DNA of 64,000 bases from Lepidodermella squamata (GCA_047495785.1 JBLDXI010000033.1:1488001-1552000); one strand, 5' to 3'. Shown: positions 21,491-33,657, numbered from the stretch's first letter. Translations and numbers: made by a program. Notes: generated from the letters alone by a model not told the origin.

Positions 21491-24028
21491 TTAACTGCCG
21501 ATTTCAGGCAGAGTTGTGTTAATGTTAAATTTGTTTTTCAACGCCGTTGCGAGTTCGATGTAAACTTTCGGATCTTCGATAGTTACAGGTATTTCGAATT
21601 TCTTCTCGTTAACCATAGCGGCCAGGGTGTTTCGAGAAATTTTGCCGCTTCGAGTTTTCGGCAGTCGTTTGCAGATGAGAATGCCGCCCGACAGCGTCGC
21701 AATGGCGCCGACATTTTTGCGCACCGATTCGCCAATTTTTTTCACCGCGTGCTCTTCGTCCTCAGCCTCGCTGTGGCCCGGCCGTTTGTGGCTGGCTTCA
21801 CTGACGGTTTTCAGCGTGCAGAATGCGAATGGAACGTGGCCCTTCAGCGAGTCTTCACGGCCAACAACGGCGGCTTCTGCGATTTCGTCGACGAGTTGAA
21901 TGGCTTCCTCGAGGGAACCGGTTGATAAGCGGTGCCCGGCAACGTTGATGACGTCATCAATGCGGCCCATGACGAAAATATTACCGGCTTTATCCATGTA
22001 GCCAGCGTCAGTGGTATTGTAGTAACCCTGAAAATTTTGGAAAAACAGTTGAAAATTTTTTAATCGAATATAAAAAAATTTTAAATTTTAAAAAATTCAA
22101 AATTTAATTTAATAATTAATAATTTTAAAATTTAAAATTTTATTTAAAATAAATTGAAACAATATTTTAAATTTTAAATTAATACCGGAAAAGCTTTGAA
22201 ATAGGATTCGATGAAGCGATCGTCCGACTTGAATAGAGTCGAGAAAGATCCAGGTGGTAATGGCATTCGAACAACGATAGTGCCGAGCTCATTCGGCTCA
22301 GCTCTAGTATGATCGCTTCTTAAAACTTCAACTGAAAAAATTCGAAAAATTACGGAAAAATTCGATATTTTTTATCAAAATTACCATGCCAACCAGGGGC
22401 GGCTTTGCCCGCTGAAGAGAGTGGTGGTAACTCTACTACGGCGTTGTGTTTTTTCGATTTCAAACCCATGAGAGTGGCGGTTATTGGCCACCCTGTTTCT
22501 GTTTGCCACCAGTGGTCGATAACCGGCTTTCCACGAAATTTCTCTCGCGCCCATACCAAAGTTGCCGGGTCGAGATGCTCGCCGGCAACAAATACTCCAC
22601 GGAGATGGTCGATGTCATATTTCGAACCTTGCTCGCAATCCGGATCCTGAAAAAATAATCGTAAAATCAATTGGTCATTCAAGTCGAGGTTCTTACAGCT
22701 TTTTTGATCGCCCTTAAAGCTGTGGGCGAGGAAAACAGACCGGCAAGTTTGTACTCTTCGATCAACCGGAAAAACGACCCGGCATCCGGGGTGCCAACAG
22801 GCTTGCCTTCATACAGCAAAGTCGGGTTGCGATGTAGCAACGGCCCGTAGCAAATAAAAGAATGACCCACAACCCAACCTAGGTCGGACGTAGCCGCCCA
22901 GTTTTCGCCGGGCTTCATGCCGTAAATACCGCTCATTGACCAGTGAAGCGCGACAGCATGCCCACCCGAAGGTCGAACGGGCGCTTTCGGGGTTCCGGTT
23001 GTTCCTGATGTGTACAGCACGTAGACAGGATCAGTCGCTAGGACTGGAACAGCATCCACCGTTTTGTTCGAACAAGCCGTAGTACTCTCGGTATAATCAA
23101 CCACGTTGTGGCCTTCGGATTTTAGGTTCGAAATATCCTGTGAGTAATCACGGTCTGAAACCTAGAAAAATGGAATGAGGGTACAATTTTGGGATTTTTT
23201 TAGAATTTTTCTTACAGCTGGACGTTGATAGACAATGACTGACTTGGGCATAAAATCCGAAATTTTCAAAGCATCGCGAACGATTGGTAGGTAAGGAATT
23301 TCGCGGTTAGGCTCGGCGCCGAATGTCGACGTAATCAGGACCTATTTTGACACAATTAATTATCCTGATTTTATCGATGGGTTTGTTACCTTTGGTTTTG
23401 CGTGGCTGATTCTCGCCGATAATTGCAGGGCAGCGAAGCCGCCGAAAACCAGCGAGTGAATGGCGCCGATCCGAGCAGACGCTAGCATTGCGAAAATGGC
23501 TTGAGGAACCATAGGCATGTAGATCAACACAACATCGCCCTTTCGAACCCCTTGCTTTTGCAAAACCGCTGCAAGGGAACACACCTATTCGAACACTGAA
23601 AACATGAGTATCCAATTTTTCGACAATTTTCGAAATCTGAATTCTAAAATTAGATTTTCTAAATTTCAAAATACCTCTCTGTGTAGTTGATTGAAGGTGT
23701 AAGATTGCTTGGTTTTGGTAACCGGGCTGTCGTAGTAGAGGGCGACAGTATCGCCAAAGCCTTCATCGATATGCCGGTCGACGGCGTTGTAGCACGTGTT
23801 CATAGTGCCGCCGACAAACCACCGCGTGAAAGGCGGGTTTGAGTGGTCCAAAATCTGATCCCATTTTTTGAACCAATGCAACTTTTCCGCCTCTTCTGCC
23901 CAGAATTCGCAATCACGAGCGAGTTGATGGTTATGGCTCTGGCGTTTCTTAAGAAGGGTGGTTGTAGTCGATATGTAGCGGTTAAAATTAACCCTCGACA
24001 CTGAAGTTTTGCGAAAAATGGAAAGCAT
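21491..24028 (-). CDS. ACSS3: Acyl-CoA synthetase short-chain family member 3 (mitochondrial propionyl/acetyl-CoA synthetase), multi-exon
   Basis: Transit-peptide-like N-terminus, [82 protein letters not shown]. Confidence 0.9.
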
Positions 24029-25016
24029 TTTTTCGAAAAATTCCTAATGAAAATCGAAAAATTTGAAATGAAATAGTATCAAGGTAAGCATATATCTATT
24101 TCGTTGAAGAGTATGCCGGCTCGTTTCTTTTACTCTTAGAAAAAACTGGCACATAGAGCAATTCTACTTGCGTTCTTTGTGTTCAAGAAGCGAGTGTGTC
24201 GGAATGCGTATTATAGCCATGTTGTGTATAATTTGATGAGTGCGCAACAGAAAAAAACTCAAAAGCTTGTGGTCACTGGCGTGTCATTAAACGAGCACAT
24301 GGGTAAAAAAAAATGTTTGAACCCACAGGTGTATTTTACCACACCACCGGCGTGCGACTATTTTTCGGTCCTAATTTTATGGAAAAAGGTTAAATTATTC
24401 TGCAACAATGGCCCGAAATATCAGCATTTTTCGGTATCATACGGGCAATACTTATCAGCAAATGAATGGCGATACTGAAGGCAGAAGCTGAAGAAATTGT
24501 GAGCTCCAGAATCTACCTTATATATATATATTACAATCTTCGGTGCGCTTTTATGTAATAAAGGCTCTCGCATTCATCGTATACTTTATTCATCTAATAT
24601 ACCATCTGTATTATACGTATAAAATAAATCCATACTTTTCGCGCTATATATATGAGAAATACTCTGAAAGCGCGCATAATAATATACGAGTACTGAGCGA
24701 ATAATAAATGCCCAGTGCTTAGCGGTTGGATGTAATATAATAAAAAGTATTGGCGAATCTTCGATATAACGGATTTTTTTGGTTTTTTCGATTTCGCATG
24801 GTTGAGGAATCTTTTTAAGCCTGACCGCAGAAAAGGGGTGTCTGTATGCTGGATCACAAAATAACCAAACTCTAAAACCAAAGATGACACTCTTCCAATA
24901 TCATAAGTACTGAGCACTCGGTCTTTATTATGCGCCGAGCGCCGCATCATGTTACGCGTTTATTGAGTAAAATTCCCTTTTATATAGGGCGAAAAAGCGA
25001 TAATAAAATGTAGCAA

Positions 25017-25661
25017 TTATTTTTCCGCATTTTCTTGCTTTCTCGGCCGTCGAAATTCGATAAACTTATCGACCAGAGTTGAGCTTTCGCGGTTGATGGT
25101 GTACAATTGGCCGTAATGAGCCGCGCTTTTGAGCACCCAACTGTCGATTTCATCGCAGATTTGTTTCAGCTGGTCAATATGCGACGTATCAGCGTCATAC
25201 TCAAGCCGGGCCTCGTCGACCTCACGCATGAAGGCCTCCAGCCGTTCCTCGAACTCGTCCAACGAATCTTCTTGGTTGAAGCTAGACCTCGCGGCTATGA
25301 CTGGCAGGGACTCGCGGCGAATTCTCGACGGCGATAACGGCTCTTGGGTCGAAGTTGTAAACGCCGATTGCCTTCGATTTGCTGATAATCGGTTGTTGAT
25401 CTCAAATCCGGATTTTTTGACAAAAATCGTGCCACCAGGCAGCTTGACAACAGGTGTTTTACACGCATCGACGGCTGATTTTGACTCGGCGAATTCAACA
25501 ACAGCTGTTGACGTGCTGGTGGCGATGTCGATAACTTGGCCGAATTTCGAAAAATAATCCCGAAGCTCGTCGTCACTTGGTTTAGAAACCGCCTCTCCAC
25601 CCTTGAAAGTCACGCTGATTTTCGCCTCACTTGACGATAAATTATCGTCCTGTTGTCGCAT
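25017..25661 (-). CDS. RRM-domain protein with a C-terminal coiled coil (R1)
   Basis: DELRDYFSKFGQVIDI...AVVEF..SAVDAC fits an RRM; amphipathic helical C-terminus; no introns. Confidence 0.75.
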   Translation of the reverse strand: MRQQDDNLSSSEAKISVTFKGGEAVSKPSDDELRDYFSKFGQVIDIATSTSTAVVEFAESKSAVDACKTPVVKLPGGTIFVKKSGFEINNRLSANRRQSAFTTSTQEPLSPSRIRRESLPVIAARSSFNQEDSLDEFEERLEAFMREVDEARLEYDADTSHIDQLKQICDEIDSWVLKSAAHYGQLYTINRESSTLVDKFIEFRRPRKQENAEK

Positions 25662-25936
25662 GATGGTAACTAATTACTTTTATATTACAGCAATAAAAAA
25701 ATGTGGACTCGTAGAGTGACACCAATTCAGCCACCTTATCATTAGTCGCACTGAAAACAAGTGCGAAAAACCTGGTCTTATCTTTCGGGCTGTCGGGTCC
25801 GAAGTTTTGTTATTGCGGTTATCGTTTGCACGAGAAACAGTAGTCAGTATTAACCTGGGCCGCCTTTTTTATTTGCTGACCAAAGATCAAATTAATAATA
25901 ATATATAGGTCATTTTTCTTAATTTTATTGCGGTAA

Positions 25937-26569
25937 TTAATAATCAAATTTAGTTTTAAAATGGCCAAATGCGTTGTAGTCCATAGTGTTGAAAAACTCA
26001 AGTTCGCCAACAAGACCGGTTCCGATGAGTGATTTACAGAAAGCCAGCCAATCTCTGTCGTCTGTATCACCCAGCGTAATGAATTGCAAGAACGTTTTCG
26101 GTGAGCAAATTCGTTTTACAAGATAGTGAATAGCTTCGAATTGAAAGCTGTTCGCCCCAGTTCCGAGGCCTACGAGGCGAATACGTTCAAGCGGCTGTTT
26201 CCCAAACTCCTCGCTGAGCTGCTTGACTTGCAGTGTCGATTGCTTAACATCCAATTTAGCCCGATCATGGCTTAGGCGATGGAATTTCAGAACTCGAACC
26301 AAGTCTTTATCAGTTGGGTCGAACTTGAAGAGCCGGCCAATTTCGGCCGAGTCGCATTGCCAGTTCTCATCGGTGTAATTGTCAGTAATTAACCCGAAAA
26401 ATATAGTTGTACAAGATCCAAGTGTCACATCAGTTGCATCCAGTGTAATCAAATTGCTATTCAGCGACATAGGAAAAAATGTTGTAGGAACTTCAGCTGC
26501 ATTTTCGCCAGTTATCAGCTGCGAAATCACGCTGGTTGGGGAATCAGATTTTCTCTCGGATTCATTCAT
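25937..26569 (-). CDS. Unknown alpha/beta-domain protein X1
   Basis: Intronless ORF paralogous to 26827..27519 and 29200..29892 (TIFxG, WxxDxAExGR, QFxxxGDxxDxxWLxFCK, ELEFxNxxDxxxFGxF). Confidence 0.85.
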   Translation of the reverse strand: MNESERKSDSPTSVISQLITGENAAEVPTTFFPMSLNSNLITLDATDVTLGSCTTIFFGLITDNYTDENWQCDSAEIGRLFKFDPTDKDLVRVLKFHRLSHDRAKLDVKQSTLQVKQLSEEFGKQPLERIRLVGLGTGANSFQFEAIHYLVKRICSPKTFLQFITLGDTDDRDWLAFCKSLIGTGLVGELEFFNTMDYNAFGHFKTKFDY

Positions 26570-26826
26570 TTTTTACACTGGAAATAAAAAATCTCGAGAA
26601 TAAAAAGTCACAATATACCAGCACGAGTCAAATCGTGATTCATCTTACACAACTAAAATATTCCTGTAATTGTGCTTTGTTTTATCATGAAACATGACTC
26701 ATTGTATGTATGTGCATGCAGTTGGCTTGGAACGGTGATATAAATTCCGAGTGTTATCACGAGTATTTTTTCATGATTATATAAAGAGTGTTATTCGCAT
26801 TTTCAATTATCTAAACCTAAAGCAAA

Positions 26827-27519
26827 ATGGATGAAAGGTTACTGGAGATGCTACGTCGCCGCATGGCGGATGCTTCGAGCCGGGCGAAAAGTTCAGCGAA
26901 TGGGGATAGCAGCGATGATGAAGAAACGACCAATACAGCGACCGGCGACAAGTCAGCCCCGGGCACGTCGTATTTCCCTGCCGAGGTCCTGAGCCCAACA
27001 ATCAAATTTGTCAGCGTTCCACTTCGCCGCGAGCCAGCCGCGACCATTTTTTTCGGTCTGGTTACCGAAAATTACCCACTGCAAAGCTGGCAAATCGATG
27101 CTGCGGAAGTCGGCCGGTTGCTGAGATTCGACGCCGACGACGAATCGCAGTGCCGACACCTGAAATTCGTGCCGGAAAAGGGCAACAGCCAGCGGCTGGA
27201 CATTGGCCAGGCGGTTAAGCAAATTCAGACAATTCTAGAAGGCTCGGAGCCGTTCAACAAACCTTCCATGCCCTTCATCCGGTTCGTTAGGATGGGCAAT
27301 AGCGGGCATTCTTTCCTGTACGATTCGGTTAAATACATTCTGAAGAAACTTGGCTCGCCGTCGATGAAAATTCAATTCGTCACGCTTGGCGATTCGGGAG
27401 ATCACGACTGGCTGGTTTTCTGCAAAAATCTATGTGGCACTGGCCAAGTTGCGGAACTTGAATTCCTGAACCCGTTGGACTTCAACCCTTTCGGCTATTT
27501 CCGGGAGAAAACCGATTAA
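26827..27519 (+). CDS. Unknown alpha/beta-domain protein X2
   Basis: Same conserved motifs; TATATAA at ~26779 upstream. Confidence 0.88.
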   Translation: MDERLLEMLRRRMADASSRAKSSANGDSSDDEETTNTATGDKSAPGTSYFPAEVLSPTIKFVSVPLRREPAATIFFGLVTENYPLQSWQIDAAEVGRLLRFDADDESQCRHLKFVPEKGNSQRLDIGQAVKQIQTILEGSEPFNKPSMPFIRFVRMGNSGHSFLYDSVKYILKKLGSPSMKIQFVTLGDSGDHDWLVFCKNLCGTGQVAELEFLNPLDFNPFGYFREKTD

Positions 27520-27744
27520 ACACGAACTTTACCTTTTCCTTATATCCAAGGAATTGATTATGTTGCATTGTAATCCGCAAAAAATCGTTGAATAATAAAT
27601 GAGAAATACCTTAGCCTTGTTGCAGTTTTAAATTAATCGACAAAGCACGACGTATTGCGGTGGCAGTATGTACTACACTGCACCGAATGTCATTCATACA
27701 GGCTATTATTTAGTTTTCGAGTGGTTCTTTCGCGTGATTTTTAA

Positions 27745-28161
27745 ATGTCCAACGATGGCAAGGGCGAAATTCTAGTCACCTTCGACGAAGATTTGCCAAC
27801 GTTACATACCGATTCGTTAAACAAATATTTCTCACAATTTGGTCCGGTAAAATCTATAACTGTCATCAACCCTCGATCAGTTGTGGTCAGATTGCGGGCT
27901 ATACCGAGTCCTGAATTAATTAATGCGGAATTGGACGACATTATGGACAGGTCGGCAATGTTACTTCTCGAGGCAGATCAACTCGAGCGAGAAGCTCGTC
28001 GTAGTAAGGCTGAGCTGAAGCGAATCCGCGCGTCTCTGGACGATTTCGGGAGGCAAGTAATGGAAACAGCGACTTTGGCTGATGAACTAACTTCTATTTC
28101 ACGATTTTCGAGCGAAATTATTGAGACCTTCATAAATTCTGAGATGTTCAAAGATTTATGA
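27745..28161 (+). CDS. Truncated-RRM plus coiled-coil protein (R2), paralog of R1
   Basis: LNKYFSQFGPVKSI RRM half; C-terminal LTSISRFSSEIIETFI matches R1 LYTINRESSTLVDKFI. Confidence 0.7.
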   Translation: MSNDGKGEILVTFDEDLPTLHTDSLNKYFSQFGPVKSITVINPRSVVVRLRAIPSPELINAELDDIMDRSAMLLLEADQLEREARRSKAELKRIRASLDDFGRQVMETATLADELTSISRFSSEIIETFINSEMFKDL

Positions 28162-28730
28162 CCTTTTTTATTAATATTAATTTTTAATAATAATTTTAAT
28201 TTCAATAATTATTTATTAATAAATTATTACTATTTTTGACCTGAAAAAATTGTTTAATTCGATTGTAAACATACCAAAAGCTGAGGATGATTGTACATAA
28301 GCGCATCAATGAAATAATCATGACCTCCATTGATAAGGGATTTGTAGAAACAAAGCGAATCTCGCGGTTCGATCCGCATAAGGTGTGGGAATAAAAAGAG
28401 CAATCACATCGCATCGCTCGAAGCAATAATACTAAAATATTATACATCGCAATTGATTATTTGTCTAAAAGTCACGATCGTAAAACACTGATTCAGATTT
28501 GCTGTACCTATCAATAATTATCGCCTATTTCTTCCGTTAAGCGCAGCGAAATCATGTATTATTGCCATCATTTTGAAGCCCTAATGATATCGTTTTTTAT
28601 AAGTGTTGCATTGGCAACGTAATAACTTCTCACCTGTATTTGACACTTTAATGGAAAATTACTGCTAAAAATCGACTTCCTATAGATAGACTTGTGAATT
28701 GTTAATCATTACCCGCTCAACGAATGAGCA

Positions 28731-29177
28731 ATGACAGTCCGATTATTGCTAATTTTTTCACTTAATTTCTTGTCATCGGCTTATGCGGTGATTTGCTACC
28801 AAAGCATCGGCGGTGAATCATCCAGACGACTGCTCATCGAAAGCAACGGCTGTAAAGTTTGCAACCTAGTAAGGATCTACCGAGCCCCGCCTCACATCAA
28901 AATTAAGGAAGATTGCCCATCGAACGACACGCTTCACCTATTCATACCTCTGATGCCGATTCACAGCTGTTTCACGTCAACTCAGCCGGAATTTAGCTGT
29001 GAGAACAGGTGTAACCAGTTGAGGAGGCACATGTCGACAACAGATCGCCTCATCGAATGCCGATGTTGCTCGGAAAATTTTTGCAATTATTTCGATCAAG
29101 AAACTAACTCAGCTAATAATAGGCACTCGTTTTATTTATCATTATTTATAGTGAAATTGATCATTTTTCTGGATTAA
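28731..29177 (+). CDS. Ly6/uPAR (three-finger, quiver-like) protein, probably GPI-anchored
   Basis: Signal peptide, ICY start, C..C, SCF, ECRCCxxxxCN end motif, hydrophobic C-terminal tail. Confidence 0.8.
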   Translation: MTVRLLLIFSLNFLSSAYAVICYQSIGGESSRRLLIESNGCKVCNLVRIYRAPPHIKIKEDCPSNDTLHLFIPLMPIHSCFTSTQPEFSCENRCNQLRRHMSTTDRLIECRCCSENFCNYFDQETNSANNRHSFYLSLFIVKLIIFLD

Positions 29178-29199
29178 ATGCTGTAATATTCTTTTTTGT

Positions 29200-29892
29200 T
29201 TATTTTTCGCGGAAATAACCAAATGGGTCGTAGTCGAGTGGGTTGAAAAATTCAAGCTCGGATACAACCTCAGTTCCGCATAGATTTTTGCAGAAAACCA
29301 GCCATTCATGGTCTGACGTATCACCGACCGAAATAAATTGAATCTTCAGCTTGGGCGAGCCGTAAGTCTTGAGAACGTGCTTAACCGAGTCGAATAGAAA
29401 CGGCGTGTTCGCCTTGCCCATGCGGATGATGCGCATAAAGTCGACACGGCGGCCGTTGCTAAACGGCGGCATCGAGCCGATTTGCTGCAGCATCTGAACG
29501 CCGTACTTCATATCGACGGCGTTCGACGAGCCTTTTTCCGGCACGAATTTCGCGTGGTGAACCAGCGACGCGTCTTTGGCGTCGAATTGGAAAACTCGGC
29601 CGATTTCTGCGGCGTCAATGTCCCAACTAGCGTCGTTGAATGATGGCGTTACAATGCCGAGGAAAATCGTCGGGCATGGGCCGGTTGTCACGTTTTGGCT
29701 GACGATTTTCAGCGTGTTGCTGAGTACTTCAGACGGGAAGTAGGACGTATTTTTCGGCGCGCCGTTTTCACCCTGTGTAGTTTCATTTTCATCGTCACTG
29801 CCAGCCACTTCGGTTATTCTAGCGCCACCAGCCGATGAAGACGACGCCGTCGCCATGCCTCTTAGCATTTGAAGGAACAGATCGCTGTCCAT
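29200..29892 (-). CDS. Unknown alpha/beta-domain protein X3
   Basis: Closest to X2 (TSYFPxEVLSxT, KFVPEKGxS, WLVFCKNLCGT, NPLDxxPFGYFREK). Confidence 0.88.
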   Translation of the reverse strand: MDSDLFLQMLRGMATASSSSAGGARITEVAGSDDENETTQGENGAPKNTSYFPSEVLSNTLKIVSQNVTTGPCPTIFLGIVTPSFNDASWDIDAAEIGRVFQFDAKDASLVHHAKFVPEKGSSNAVDMKYGVQMLQQIGSMPPFSNGRRVDFMRIIRMGKANTPFLFDSVKHVLKTYGSPKLKIQFISVGDTSDHEWLVFCKNLCGTEVVSELEFFNPLDYDPFGYFREK

Positions 29893-30384
29893 TTCAATTA
29901 ACAGGAAAAGTAAAAATCCTACTTGACAGTAACAGAAAATTGCAGGAATAAAACTGCGATATCCTTATCTCTACAAATTGTTGGGCGAAAGTATTTAATG
30001 ACGATTATTCAGCACCGTGATATCAAACGGGAATATTTCTTGGTACTAAAAGCTTATCTCAAACTTGCTTTTTTCATGCCTTCAAATGTTCGTGAATTAT
30101 ATGAGCGGTTGAATTACAATCTTGACTCACTAAAATCCAGAGTGGTGGAAAGCATGATGAATGGATGAAAAAAACAAAACACGTATCAGTTGTTATGATT
30201 CATCTTCAACTTTTTCCTCTCCAAAACGTTGTAGAATAAGCAACACAACACACGTTTTTTATAGAGAATTTTAATACGAAGCGCCATGAATAATTTATTT
30301 TAAATTCAAGTACCATTTGTTGGCTTCGTTCATTTTCTGATGATCGCATTTGATAATACATTATAGAACTGTTGGTTATTGGTA

Positions 30385-30547
30385 GGCTCAGCGTGAATAC
30401 GGCTCCGATATTGATGCACGTGATTTTTTTTCTTCGTAAACAAAACACGCGACACAATAGCAAAAAACAGGCGATGTGTGGTGTCGTGAGATTTTCGGTC
30501 GCAAAAAATCACATGCATCAATATGGAAGCCGTATTCACACTGAGCC
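30385..30547. mobile_element. Palindromic MITE (GGC...GCC termini, PIF/Harbinger-like)
   Basis: GGCTCAGCGTGAATACGGCTCCGATATTGATGCACGTGATTTTTT and its imperfect reverse complement. Confidence 0.7.
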
Positions 30548-31650
30548 CTCGAATTATAACGGGTATTTACGCGAACCTTAGACGCATCGCTTTGGTCAAC
30601 AGGCAAAAAATGGTTGACTAAGAGTATACGAACGTGTATCGACGGTGTAGCTATTAATTCGCGAAAAATTGCCTACTTTCATTTATCACGGGCTTGTCAT
30701 CCTACGCCTTACGTTCTTCGAAGCGCTAAGCTATTCATGTAGAGATGTGGTTGATGTTCCCGAGAAACGAGGACGCGTAAGGCCGAAAGCTAGTAGAGCA
30801 GCCGGTTTCATCGGAGCCTCAACCTGCCCCAGTTGCTGAAGGTCGCTGGTTCAACCGTCACTGCTCGCACAGGAATTAGCGATTTTTGCGAAATCGCAAA
30901 CTTGAGCAGATACAGTGTATAGAGATGATTCACAACAGGCAATGCACAGGAGGTTGCGTGAAACCCTCGTTAAAAATCATCTTTTATTTCGATGGAAACA
31001 TGGTGGGATTGAGGACGTCTAATTTTGAAGACCACACGCTAGGATGGCCCTGACAGTCGAGAATTTTAAGTTCGCCTTGCCAGCATATTGAGTGTAAGGG
31101 CAGGCTGGCTATATAGTTCAACTGAAACATGAGTGGAATTAAACTCAAACGATTCTAAAAATACCCAAACTTGTGATGAAAGGTTCTAGAAGTAAGTGAG
31201 ATGATTTGACCATCACCGTGCTATTTAGACCACTTTTACGTGGCAGGTTTTTCGGAGTATTCTGAGTCTGGTAGATATTTCTGAGATTATTTTATTTCAG
31301 CTAATATTATTAGCAATACACAGTTGTCTTGTCCATGAATTAAGTTTCATGTTCGATGCAAAAGCGGCAACAAGCGAAGTTTCAAATTTCATCAAGAAAA
31401 TCTTGACTTGTGCTATACGAGCGACAATGGCAGATTAAATCAAGAAGAATATACAACAAATAACGAGCATCTTCAGATAAATGTTAATGTTAATCACAAT
31501 TAAATGCATTGTAATCAATCCACAATCGAACGCGATTTATACAGTTTGAAAATCATAGGCATGACAAGAGTGGCTTGGATAAATACAGAATATTACATAC
31601 ATATATATATTAAAAATATATTATCAAATGATTTCATTCCCGAGTCTGTT

Positions 31651-33657
31651 TCACCACAGTTTGAATGTTTGGGGCAAAAACTTCTTCAAATATTTTTTCC
31701 AAGCACTGTCATCCTTTCTGTACTTTTCAAAAGGATCATAATTCGGATCTTTCGATTGAGCGATGAGCGTTGCCATTTCCAATTGATCTTCCAGGTGGAC
31801 AAGTCGTTCCGTGTAGCCAGGTTGTTTCGTTCGCTTTTCTTCGCGGATTAATTCCTATAAAATTAACAGAAATGCATAAGCTTTGAAATAAGTAAAAAGA
31901 ACCTCCTCCGCAAACCTCAATGTAGTCAACCTCAGTCATTTTGTCTTGGACATAGGCGATCTGGTAAAGTCGATTGATCGAGTCCCTCATGCTTTGCACC
32001 AACACACTTACTTCACGCTTCTTTTCCATCATTTGGCTGGCAAGGGCTTCAAGGAGCCTGACGGCGGAGGCTTTTTCTTCCGTAGCATTGTTATACTTGC
32101 GCAGCATATCTTCCTTGGTTATTGTTTTTTTGACCATGCGCTTTTTCCACACAAAGGGCAAATTTTGATGCAAGTCCCAGGCGCACTTCTTCGGACAGGC
32201 GGTGCATTTTCCGTTGGCCATCGCGCAACAATCCATCTTGTCTACATTATTATTGTACAGACAACGCTCGTGACAGGTGAAGAGACAAACTAAACAGTTT
32301 GTGGTATTTTGCCCATTTGGAACTCTTTCCTGCACAAAATTAGGCTTAGACACATGAGAATAGAGATAAAACAAACTAACTATACCTCAAAGCCTTCTGG
32401 TTCTTCTATGACCACTTTGAAATCTCGGTTCCGAGCAATTTCGGCGTCATGGTCTGCAATCACGTTGGCTTCTTTTCGCATCGTTTCCACCGCATTAATT
32501 CCGTCTTCAATTTGCCGCTTGAGAGCTCGAACGAGGCAATGCAACGCGCGCCGCTCTTGCAAAACATCCTGCGTGAGAGTAAGGCTTCTAGCAGGCATTT
32601 TCTGAACGGTTTGGCAAAAGTCGCGATACGCATCCATGCCCATCTCCCAGAAAGCAGGTGCCAGCTTCTTGTTTTGCTTTTCTTGCGGGAAAACAGCGCT
32701 GTTGTTGAAGACATGATAGCCGTCAAATTCTATTCCCGACTCTTTGATAGCGTCCAAACACGGCGGTTCTCCATCGTCGCCAAACGTGATGACCGGCACA
32801 ACATGCCCTTTCATATCTTTCCCAAAAATGCTGATCACCGCGTTGAACTGATACTTGGTCGTGGCCGTGAGTCTGGTCTCAGCGTTTTTGACAACCAAAC
32901 ATATCGCATTCAGCTGATCGAGACCATTCGAGCCACTGTGCTTGAACCAATGCTCAATAAACTTTGTAGTTTCCTGGTCACGTCGGATACCTCCGTCGGT
33001 GTCACCGTAGCCTGGCGTATCAACCACAATCAACCGATAGCCCAAGATATTATCATTGAAAACATAGGAAGATACAAATTTTGTTTTGCTGCTAGCTGAG
33101 GAGACGACACCACTTTCTTCGTTTTCTTCAACCTGTTCCAGGAATATTAAATATAAGCAAAACGCAAATGAGCAAAGGTCTTTGAATACCTCAGACACGA
33201 TTTTGAATCGAAAATCATCCTCGAATTCGACTCCAAACAAGAAATTCGCCATCGAATTGAGAAAGGTTGTTTTGCCACTGCCGGTTGCGCCCACAACCAG
33301 AATGACCCTGTCTTCCCACAGATCCCTTCGTTCGCCGAGTTGAAACATGCGGACACCACCAATGTTTGCTTTGTTTCGGCTTTCGTCAGCGTCAGTCCAA
33401 GCCAGGTCGAAGGTTTGCTGGTGGAGCAGAGTTTTCGGCGCCATAAAAATCTTCTTGATACATGGCCTGCTTTCGTGAAGAAGCTCCGTTGATAACTCCT
33501 TAATCCTCAGGGCTAGCCTTTGTGGTGGAAGCTCTTCGGGAGGTTCTTCTTCGCCGATTGGAAGATCTCCAATTCCGATAGGAAGTTCTATAGGAAGTTC
33601 TGGCCCCACTCTCGAGGTTGGGATATCATTCTGGTCGTAATATTCAAATTTTCTCAT
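31651..33657 (-). CDS. TRAFAC-class GTPase (septin/AIG1-like G domain) with coiled coils and a Cys/His-rich domain; 4 exons
   Basis: G1 GATGSGKT, G3 DTPGYGD, G4-like TFGD; NCLVCLFTCHERC...CCAM...CTACPKKCAWDLH; last exon ELIREEKRTKQPGYTERL...FKLW* obtained by manual splicing. Confidence 0.85.

Noticed and set aside
21491-24028. Bacterial prpE/acs horizontal transfer
   Set aside because: Spliceosomal introns and a transit-peptide-like N-terminus fit ordinary animal ACSS3
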